Source: Pseudomonadota bacterium (GTDB taxonomy: Bacteria; Pseudomonadota; Alphaproteobacteria; Caulobacterales; Hyphomonadaceae). From it: DNA of 64,000 nucleotides. Of the stretch, positions 49,547 to 56,735 are shown piece by piece. A program made the position numbers and the translations under genes. Under the pieces are notes generated by a model that ran no database searches, had not been told where the DNA came from, and saw nothing but the letters and a program-made list of their open reading frames with translations. Where the stretch lies: contig JBCCXW010000001.1 of NCBI GenBank assembly GCA_039191105.1, positions 23,353 through 87,352 on the forward strand. The letters run 5' to 3'. Numbering within the stretch: the first letter of the stretch is position 1; each line of letters opens with the position of its first letter.

Positions 49547-49646
49547 TCGTGCCCCAAGTCACGCCTCAAAACGTGCCTCAATTTCTAGAAGGACTCATCT
49601 AAGTAATTGTTTTTATTATGTTATTATTGCGTTATCGAGCGCATCG
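49547..49646 (+). repeat. att-like direct repeat, copy B
   Basis: Matches 40959-41058; its last 5 bp (CATCG) run into a tRNA-Gly-like 3' end. Confidence 0.85.
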
Positions 49647-50796
49647 CCCGCTCCAATGAATTCAATGACTTAGCAGAATGCCCAGAAGAAGACTGGCCAC
49701 GAATTGGCCACGACATGAGCGGCCGTTCGCTTGGCGGGATGAGCAATTCTCGAAGAAAATTATCAATGGCGACAACGGCTTGCGCCAGATAAGATGGGTC
49801 GAACGGGGCGTAAATCTCGGTAATCGACATTTCCCGCTTCTTATGACCCAGTTGGGCGGCTACTTCCCAGGCCGGGACGCCGGAAGCCCGTAAATGCCGC
49901 GCCATGGTGTGGCGCATGGAATAGGGCTGAACTTGGTCGTCGAACCCGCAGATTTTGCGTTGGTTTCGCCAAGCGGTTTTGATCTCCATCACCGGCTTAT
50001 CGCGAAAGCTGACTTGGAAGCCTTCTTTCACATGGTCTTTCAAAACCGGCGGGAGCTTCACGGTCGGACGATGCTTTTTCGTCTGAGTGCGCCCAATAGG
50101 GTTCAGCTCGATCAATTCCCGTTCAACATCGATCCGTCCCGAATGGAGATCTAGCACCGCTTGCGGTCGGGCGGCCGTTCCTAACGCCCAGAGGATGAAA
50201 GCCTTCAAATGATCTGACGGGGCGGTGTGATAAAAAAGCCGAAGCTCCTCCATCTCCATCGGCCGCCCCATGGGGCCGGCGGCCTCCACGGGCAGAGATT
50301 TGATGAAGGGCGCGGTAGTGAGGATGCCTTGCTTCCAGGCCCGATTGATCGCGGCCCGTCCGGTCATAAGGATGCGGTTGATATAGGCGTTGCTCCGGTC
50401 GCCTTTGCTGCGCAGATCCGCAATGAATTTATCGATCTGCTGCGGCCGCGCGGCGTCTTCCACTGTCGTTTCGGGCGGAAAGAATTCCAGCCAAAAGGTG
50501 AGGTTCAGCCTTGCGGATTCATGGCTGGCGATGTGCTGTCCGTGCTCTTCGTAATAAATCCGGATGACGTCCGAGAGGAGAACGGAGCCCGGCGCGCCTT
50601 CCTCGGGCGTCTTGTTCAGAACGATCCATTCGCTCAGTCGGACTTTGGCTTCTTCAAAGTCTGATGTGCCAAGCGATGCGCGTCGTGTGGATTTCGATCC
50701 TGTATCGTACCAGAACCGATACCAGACGGGGGAGCCTTTCCTTTGGGCGAGCCAGTATTCGCCGATCTTGAAGGCGGGCTCTGAGGTTCCTCCCAT
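49624..50796 (-). CDS. int: Tyrosine recombinase/integrase
   Basis: TAARP (R), TKK (K), SMRHTMAR (HxxR), LGH, IY (catalytic Tyr); tail reads through the att site. Confidence 0.92.
   Translation of the reverse strand: MGGTSEPAFKIGEYWLAQRKGSPVWYRFWYDTGSKSTRRASLGTSDFEEAKVRLSEWIVLNKTPEEGAPGSVLLSDVIRIYYEEHGQHIASHESARLNLTFWLEFFPPETTVEDAARPQQIDKFIADLRSKGDRSNAYINRILMTGRAAINRAWKQGILTTAPFIKSLPVEAAGPMGRPMEMEELRLFYHTAPSDHLKAFILWALGTAARPQAVLDLHSGRIDVERELIELNPIGRTQTKKHRPTVKLPPVLKDHVKEGFQVSFRDKPVMEIKTAWRNQRKICGFDDQVQPYSMRHTMARHLRASGVPAWEVAAQLGHKKREMSITEIYAPFDPSYLAQAVVAIDNFLRELLIPPSERPLMSWPIRGQSSSGHSAKSLNSLERAMRSITQ
49642..49655 (+). other. tRNA-Gly 3'-end fragment at the IME left junction (not a complete tRNA)
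   Basis: CATCGCCCGCTCCA; no upstream cloverleaf; followed by TGAATTCAATGACTTAG and GGCCAC repeats (arm-site-like). Confidence 0.6.
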
Positions 50797-51041
50797 GTCA
50801 TGCTCCCCAATAGATAATCGACGATGTTAAAGCCGAAATAGGCGATGCTTCGACGACCAATGCGCAGAAATTGAATCCTGCCCGCCAGACGCGTTTGTTT
50901 CAATGTTTGCGGGTGAATTCCGATGATCTCAGCGGCTTGCGCCTCAGAATATCGCTTGAAGAGATCAACGCCATTCGCCTCAGCGATGCGTGCGGACAAG
51001 TCGAGGCGCGCTTCAGGCGTCTGATCTGTCTCTTCACTCAT
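50634..51041 (-). CDS. Excisionase-like HTH protein overlapping int
   Basis: YSEAQAAEIIGIHPQTLKQTRLAGRIQFLRIGRRSIAY; 163-nt overlap with int in another frame. Confidence 0.7.
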   Translation of the reverse strand: MSEETDQTPEARLDLSARIAEANGVDLFKRYSEAQAAEIIGIHPQTLKQTRLAGRIQFLRIGRRSIAYFGFNIVDYLLGSMTWEEPQSPPSRSANTGSPKGKAPPSGIGSGTIQDRNPHDAHRLAHQTLKKPKSD

Positions 51042-51127
51042 TGCTGTCTTTTGCCAGGTCTGCGCATAAATGTTAGCTACGCCATTGAGCAAAGCCCGGC
51101 AAACCTGCCGCAGATTTGGACCGATTT

Positions 51128-51571
51128 ATGAGCGAAGCGCCGCCCATTCTTCTTGATCGCATGACCGGACAGAGCGGCGACAATGAAGAATTGGAGGTCG
51201 GCCTCTCATTCGAACAGCGCTTTAATCAATATGTTGGTGCTGAAAACAGCCTATTGATGGCCGAAGCGGCTGCCGCTCGAGGCTATTCGGAAACCGACGC
51301 AGACGGCGAGCGGACAAACGTCGAAGACGCCATCCGCATTTTAGAGGCGAGCGCGCGCTATCGAGCCGCTGAAATCACGGCTCAAGAGCTGAGCGACGCC
51401 AAGGCGGAAGGCAAGTATGACGACGCCGAATTGGCGATGCTCGAAGCGCGCCATAACGAACAAAAGCAAGCCAAAGACGGTCCCGATTATCTCCAGCTTT
51501 ATCGGGACCAATCGACGGCGTCCGAACGCTCGAAAGAAGCCGACAAAGATATCGATATTGCGGACGATTAA
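51128..51571 (+). CDS. Acidic hypothetical protein with relaxase-like C-terminal tail
   Basis: Ends GPDYLQLYRDQS...DKDIDIADD; shares TTAA with the convergent relaxase stop. Confidence 0.65.
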   Translation: MSEAPPILLDRMTGQSGDNEELEVGLSFEQRFNQYVGAENSLLMAEAAAARGYSETDADGERTNVEDAIRILEASARYRAAEITAQELSDAKAEGKYDDAELAMLEARHNEQKQAKDGPDYLQLYRDQSTASERSKEADKDIDIADD

Positions 51572-52998
51572 TCGTCGTCGGAGATGTCCTGGTCCTTCGT
51601 ATTGTCCTTATCCTGTTCGTCCGAGCGCCCTTTAGCGGCGTCGCTCAACGAGCTTTGGCGGTACAGGTCTAGATAATCGGACGGTCCGGCGTTCGGATTG
51701 TCAGCTCTCTTCGTGAACTCTGATCGCGCCTCTCTCGAGGCTTGGGCGTTTGAAAGCTGAGCATAGGCCGTATCGCGCTCCTGATTACGGGCAGACCAAG
51801 CTCGGCTGTTGGCGCGGCGCTCGACCTCTTGGCGCTTCGTCAAATCGATCCGCGCCGTTTCAAACGCTGTTCTGTTTTCCGCAAGTTTCGCGGCCGCTTG
51901 CTCTTTGAGCTTGGCGCGTGCGTCCGCCATTTTCTGTCGATGGACCCGCCGCAAGGCTTCCCGCTCCTGGGCTTGCGACGCATGAAACGCCTCTTCGCGT
52001 TTTCCGGCATTGCCGAGAATGCCGAAGGTTCTTTTGAGCAGGCCTGAGCGTTCCGACCGAAGCGCTTCGGCCGAGATTCTCAAGGTGCGGGCGATGTTGG
52101 AGGTGCGCCCAAACAGCGATGTTTCGAGCGCGTCGAAGGTGTGCTGTTCGGCGGCTTGGCGGCGAATGAGGGCGATAAACTCAGGCCGCATGTCTTCGAG
52201 GATCGCCGCCTCAGCCTGGGCGACATCCTTTTTGAGCTGCGCGCCGATATTCGCTCGGGCGCGGCGATGACCCGCCTCCAGCTTATCCCAGGCGCCTTGA
52301 TGCTGCTTGACCATGTTCCGCGTGCGCAGCGATAGGGCGTGGTCCTTGGCGCGCTGTGCGGCGATTTCGTCGCCTTGGTCGGAATTGTCATTCGCGACCC
52401 CATCCTGCTGCGCTTCAAAGATATGGCGCGCGACGTTCTTTTCGCCGCGCACATATTGGCCGGCGTCGCGCATGGCGTTGTTGAGTACGCGATTGTCGCA
52501 ATAGATCACAGTCTCCTCTTCATAGGCCTGCGCCCATTTCGAGAGGTTCAGCTTTTCCTTGGAGCTGGACAGCATGCGTCCGTCCTGGGGCGAGACGCGA
52601 TTGATCAAGAGGTGAAGATGCGGATGGTCTTCGTCATTGTGGCAGACCATCAGCGTTTGGCGGTCTTCCGCGCCGAGCGCTTCAAGCGCCCCTTCGCCGG
52701 CGGCGATCATCTCATCCTTGGAAGGATCCTGTTCGGGGTGCCAGGACAGGGTGAGGTGAAGCACGGCTTGGTTGGATTTCCGTCCGCTTGATCGAACGCC
52801 GGCACGGGATTTCAAACGGTCCTGATCCATGGCCGTGGCGATCATGACTTTCCAAGCCAAATGCGGATCGTCGCTCGTCAGATTGCGCGTGTCCGTCCAG
52901 GCGACGCGTTCCGACGATGCAAGCGTGTCCTTGTCATGCAGCAGATATTGCGCGGCCCCTTTGAAGCTGGAGCCTTTGGCGTGCAGCTTAGGGATCAT
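51568..52998 (-). CDS. MOB_P-type relaxase
   Basis: SFKGAAQYLLHDK (Tyr), HLTLSWHP, HNDEDHPHLHLLINRV. Confidence 0.92.
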   Translation of the reverse strand: MIPKLHAKGSSFKGAAQYLLHDKDTLASSERVAWTDTRNLTSDDPHLAWKVMIATAMDQDRLKSRAGVRSSGRKSNQAVLHLTLSWHPEQDPSKDEMIAAGEGALEALGAEDRQTLMVCHNDEDHPHLHLLINRVSPQDGRMLSSSKEKLNLSKWAQAYEEETVIYCDNRVLNNAMRDAGQYVRGEKNVARHIFEAQQDGVANDNSDQGDEIAAQRAKDHALSLRTRNMVKQHQGAWDKLEAGHRRARANIGAQLKKDVAQAEAAILEDMRPEFIALIRRQAAEQHTFDALETSLFGRTSNIARTLRISAEALRSERSGLLKRTFGILGNAGKREEAFHASQAQEREALRRVHRQKMADARAKLKEQAAAKLAENRTAFETARIDLTKRQEVERRANSRAWSARNQERDTAYAQLSNAQASREARSEFTKRADNPNAGPSDYLDLYRQSSLSDAAKGRSDEQDKDNTKDQDISDDD

Positions 52999-53326
52999 GG
53001 TGCGCCGCCACTTTGGCCAGAAGCGTGTTCAGCTCGACGCCGATTTCCCGCCAATATTCTTGGAAGGCGCTGTCGCGATGAACCGATCTTGCCAGCTGGT
53101 TCACATTGACGCCGATGCGGTTGAGCTCCGACACAAGAGCGGCGTTCGCCGACAACTGCGCCTTGGCGACGACTTCATAGCCGAGGGCGCGGCGACGCAG
53201 ATATTCGGATGGTTTAATCCCCGCCATTTCGGCCTGGGTGCGAATATACTCCTGCTCAGCCACAGTCGCCCGAAACTGCATCGGGGTGGATCGCTTTTCG
53301 TGCTGCTCCTTTCGCGGCCGCGCCAT
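52988..53326 (-). CDS. mobC: MobC relaxosome accessory protein
   Basis: PSEYLRRRALG; ELNRIGVNVNQLAR; AAGGAG RBS; overlaps the relaxase start. Confidence 0.88.
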   Translation of the reverse strand: MARPRKEQHEKRSTPMQFRATVAEQEYIRTQAEMAGIKPSEYLRRRALGYEVVAKAQLSANAALVSELNRIGVNVNQLARSVHRDSAFQEYWREIGVELNTLLAKVAAHHDP

Positions 53327-53567
53327 CAGCTGCTCCTTTTCATCGTCCGGGGATGCTCCCGGTCGCCGTGCAGGGGGCGAACCCCTTGCGAGCTGGTTTT
53401 TAGGGGTAGCGATAGACCTTTGAAGCCATGAGTTTGGTCCGGTGAGAGATGGCGATCTTTCAATTCCGGTCCATGGTTCGGCGTCGGTGGAGAGGGATGT
53501 CTCCAAGCCCGACGAGTAGGTCTTGAAAGGGTGGCGAAACACCCTTCACCAGATGCGCGATAGCGTC

Positions 53568-53600
53568 GTTTTTGTAATACAAAAACACATCTGGCTACCC
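53568..53600 (+). other. Candidate IME oriT
   Basis: Perfect GTTTTTGTA-A-TACAAAAAC inverted repeat followed immediately by ACATCTGGCT, like the IR + ACATCCTG layout of MOB_P oriTs. Confidence 0.6.
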
Positions 53601-53710
53601 AACAAGACGATAGAGTGCCACAAGAACCGAAAAATTGCAATTTATGGAAAGACAAGGGTCGAAAAGCTCAAGGACTGAACTTTGTATGCGTGCCGAACTG
53701 CAAGCATAGA

Positions 53711-53742
53711 AACTGGGTAGACGAGATTTCGTCTACCCAGTT
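53711..53742 (-). terminator. Perfect 14-bp hairpin, probable terminator
   Basis: AACTGGGTAGACGA-GATT-TCGTCTACCCAGTT, 25 nt past the stop of 54012-53767. Confidence 0.55.
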
Positions 53743-53766
53743 CAGTGCGTCGGATTGGGCCTCGAC

Positions 53767-54012
53767 TTAGGCGTCTTCCAGCTGGCCTGCTTGTCGGCGA
53801 AGTTCGCCGATGCGGCTGTAGGCGGCTTTCGCCAATACTGAGACCTTCAAGAGCTCGGTCGGCGAAAAGCTGTTCGTCTCCTTCCAATCGCCGTCGATCT
53901 GATAATTGCGGGCCAAAGTGATGGAGTACCGGACTTTGCCTTCATCGTTTGCGTTCATCCAGATGGTGGCGCAAAGCAATCCGTCTTTGAGTTTTTCTAT
54001 TGGTTTCGTCAT
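53767..54012 (-). CDS. Small protein, possible PC4/Sub1-like ssDNA-binding fold
   Basis: ATIWMN...YSITLARNY...DGDWKETNSF...LLKV beta-beta-beta-alpha pattern; AAGGAAG RBS. Confidence 0.55.
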   Translation of the reverse strand: MTKPIEKLKDGLLCATIWMNANDEGKVRYSITLARNYQIDGDWKETNSFSPTELLKVSVLAKAAYSRIGELRRQAGQLEDA

Positions 54013-54052
54013 GTCTTACTTCCTTCGTTTGGGTTGAAGGCCGAGTCAGTCT

Positions 54053-54188
54053 CAGCCGATGCAAACAAAACAAGGATGAGCCCGGCCGGCCGCGCATGGC
54101 CGACACGGATTTTCGGCGCGGGCTGACCATTGCGCGCCCGCTTGCGGGTCCGCCGGCCGGGATAAGCCTAGATTGCATCACTTGGCTG
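54053..54188 (-). promoter_or_regulatory. Long multi-stem hairpin leader (ssDNA-promoter-like)
   Basis: CAGCC/GGCTG, GATGCAA/TTGCATC and CCCGGCCGGC/GCCGGCCGGG nested pairs. Confidence 0.5.
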
Positions 54189-54627
54189 TAGCTGGCCTCG
54201 GCGCGTCCCAAACCAGATCGAACTGAAGGCGCGAATGCTCACCAAAAATGAAATCGCCGGCGACTTTTGGAAGACTTAGATTTCGCATCTCGAAGCTACT
54301 CGTTTATCAGCTTCTAGTGGGGGCTCTCCACCGGATTTGAAATTCCCGATCTTTAAACACAATCTACCGGATAAATTGGCCGTGAGCAGGTGAAGCCGTT
54401 CGAATTCTTGATATCATTTCTATCGCGGACAAGCGCTTGGAGGACTGAATTCAGGGAAACGGTCGTTAACAAAATCACCCACGTTGTTTCAATTGGGAAG
54501 GACGCGAATAAGGTTGGAGCGCCTGGTTAGACATGCAAGGAAAGATTTTGTATGTCAAAATACGATATTGATATGTGATGAGTAAAGGTCAATTGAGCTC
54601 CAATAATAAATCGCGAGACACTTAAAA

Positions 54628-55884
54628 ATGGCCGATGTATTCTTGAGCTACAAAAGAGAAGACGAGCAAAAGGCGCATAAAATACTTCAGGCCCTCGAAG
54701 GGCAGGGTATCAGCGTCTGGTGGGATCAACGACTTACACCAAAAAGTCACTGGGATAAGCTAATCGAGACAGAGATAAGCAAAGCTAAGGCCGTGCTGGT
54801 TCTTTGGTCTTCCCATTCATCCGATTCCGACTGGGTCCGCGCCGAAGCCAATTATGCGATTGAAAACGACAAGCTTGTACAAGCGCGCTTCGACGATCGC
54901 AGACCGCCCCTACTTTTCGCGATGCGCCAGTATGCGGACCTGCAAGACTGGAGTGGCGATTCTTCAGAGCCCGTATTCGTCAAGCTTCTTTATTGGATTT
55001 CGCTGCTATTGGGTCGAGACGCGCCGACGTCCGACCCCCGTATCGACGTGATAAGAAGCCGGTATGAGCAGTCGAAGCCGAGCCTCTCGCCCGACTTCGT
55101 ATCCGGTGACGAAAACGACCGGTTTGCATCGGCCGCCGATATCAAGCCTGATGCAATGGCAGGGACGACTTTCCGTGACGCGCCTTGGTCTCCGCTGCTG
55201 AGTGTTATTCCAGCCGGCGAATTCAACATGGGGAATGTCAGCGGCCCCGGGCGAGAATCCGAGCTTCCAGTCCATAAAGTCGCCTTCGAGAGACCCTTTG
55301 CGATCGGCGTCTATCCCACGACATTTCTCGAGTGGGACATTGGTCTTAACAGCGGCAAGCTGAGTTATTCGCCCAAAGACATGGGTTGGGGCCGAGGAGA
55401 CCGGCCGGTAATTCACGTGTCCTTCGAGGATGTGGTTGGATTTATTGAATGGCTCTCGTTCGAAACAGGGAACCGATATCGTCTGCCAAGCGAAGCGGAG
55501 TGGGAGTATGCATGTCGAGCTGGAACAACAACACCCTTTTTCTCCGGCGACCAGCTAAAGCGGAACGCGTCTTCAACGGATTCGGCAACAAGTCATGCAG
55601 CTCGCTCGACGCAACCGGTCGGACAGATTGGGCCAAACGCTTATGGTCTATACGACATGCATGGAAACGTCTGGGAGTGGGTCGCCGATACTTGGGTCCC
55701 AAATTATGAAGGCGCACCGAGCGACGGGTCGCCGAGGGCTTCCGATAGTTTAAACGCCGACAAGGTTATTCGCGGCGGATCATGGGGTTTTTCCGATAAT
55801 TGGCTTCGTTCGTCCGCACGCGATGCGGCGCCGGTTGGTTCTCGACTTCACAATCTCGGCTTTCGCGTCGTTCGCGAACTTTAA
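54628..55884 (+). CDS. TIR domain + FGE-sulfatase (SUMF1/EgtB/PvdO-like) domain protein
   Basis: DVFLSYKRED...WVRAEA (TIR Glu); RLPSEAEWEYACRAG, NAYGLYDMHGNVWEW, RGGSW, LGFRV; no TM seen. Confidence 0.92.
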   Translation: MADVFLSYKREDEQKAHKILQALEGQGISVWWDQRLTPKSHWDKLIETEISKAKAVLVLWSSHSSDSDWVRAEANYAIENDKLVQARFDDRRPPLLFAMRQYADLQDWSGDSSEPVFVKLLYWISLLLGRDAPTSDPRIDVIRSRYEQSKPSLSPDFVSGDENDRFASAADIKPDAMAGTTFRDAPWSPLLSVIPAGEFNMGNVSGPGRESELPVHKVAFERPFAIGVYPTTFLEWDIGLNSGKLSYSPKDMGWGRGDRPVIHVSFEDVVGFIEWLSFETGNRYRLPSEAEWEYACRAGTTTPFFSGDQLKRNASSTDSATSHAARSTQPVGQIGPNAYGLYDMHGNVWEWVADTWVPNYEGAPSDGSPRASDSLNADKVIRGGSWGFSDNWLRSSARDAAPVGSRLHNLGFRVVREL

Positions 55885-55885
55885 G

Positions 55886-56644
55886 TCACGATGCTGCAAT
55901 AGAGACGACGGTTGTATTATCCTGATCCGGGTCCGCTTTCGCGTCGCATAAGTTTATGAGCGTCTTTGAAATGTCGTCGGCGCTGAACTTCGGACTGGAG
56001 CATGCGGCTTCGATTTCAGCGTCTTCAAGCGTGAATAATCCGTCGCTTGCGGCCAGGACAATATCGCCAGGCTTCAGTATGAGCGGTTTTTTGGAGATAT
56101 CCAGGAGTTTGGGCGGAGCGCCGTTCATCGACGCTGTAAGCGTGTTTCGCCTGGGATCGTTTCGCACGTCTTCAGCAGAGATCAGTCGCTTTTCGACGAG
56201 CTTTTCCAACGCAGCGCGCATCGAATGATCGGCGTTCAAACGCTTAAGCTTGCCTCGCCGAACTAAAGCCAAGGGCGAATCTCCGACGCTCGCCCAGAAC
56301 AACTCGTCATCCCGAACAAAAACGGCGAGCAACGTGGTCGCCGCGGATGATATGTCGGGGTTCCGGGATTTGAGGCCAGAAAGAGCGTTGGTCGCGGCTT
56401 TAAAAGTATTCAGAAGTCCTAGACGTGGGTCCTCGCAATCGAGATCCATCGACGCCTCGACCGCGCTAACGACGCATTCGGCGGCTAGGCGCCCGCCGGC
56501 TTGTCCTCCGACGCCGTCAGCGACTATGGCGAGCCCGCGCGATCGGGATGCGCCGACGACTGAGACCATGTCCTGCTGCTCCGTGCGACGCCCGATCCAT
56601 GATGCGGACGCGAAATCGAATATCAGTTCGCGTTTACCAAACAC
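55886..56644 (-). CDS. PP2C-family Ser/Thr phosphatase
   Basis: RTEQQD, VADGVGG, SVGDS, ASDGL, DNTT. Confidence 0.92.
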   Translation of the reverse strand: MFGKRELIFDFASASWIGRRTEQQDMVSVVGASRSRGLAIVADGVGGQAGGRLAAECVVSAVEASMDLDCEDPRLGLLNTFKAATNALSGLKSRNPDISSAATTLLAVFVRDDELFWASVGDSPLALVRRGKLKRLNADHSMRAALEKLVEKRLISAEDVRNDPRRNTLTASMNGAPPKLLDISKKPLILKPGDIVLAASDGLFTLEDAEIEAACSSPKFSADDISKTLINLCDAKADPDQDNTTVVSIAAS

Positions 56645-56735
56645 GCATTGTGTCCTTTGGGATTACTTGAGGCAAAGGTTAACTGGGGTTAATACTAGCT
56701 TTGGACGTCGTCTTTGAGAAGCCGAGGGGATCGGG

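Larger units (their letters stand above)
41059..49646. mobile_element. Heavy-metal resistance module flanked by att-like direct repeats (no integrase inside)
   Basis: Repeat copies 8588 bp apart; only metal-related and accessory genes between them. Confidence 0.6.

Noticed and set aside
49560-49660. Complete tRNA at the integrase end
   Set aside because: Only a 14-nt 3'-end match; the upstream sequence cannot form a cloverleaf.
53365-53390. GCCGTGCAGGGGGCG similarity to 731-746, and alternative nick site CCCTTG^C
   Set aside because: Short GC-rich hairpin motif that could match by chance; the IR-adjacent ACATCTGG at 53587 fits an oriT better.
55740-55884. FGE-domain C-terminus as a diversity-generating retroelement target
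   Set aside because: No template repeat or reverse transcriptase seen in the window.
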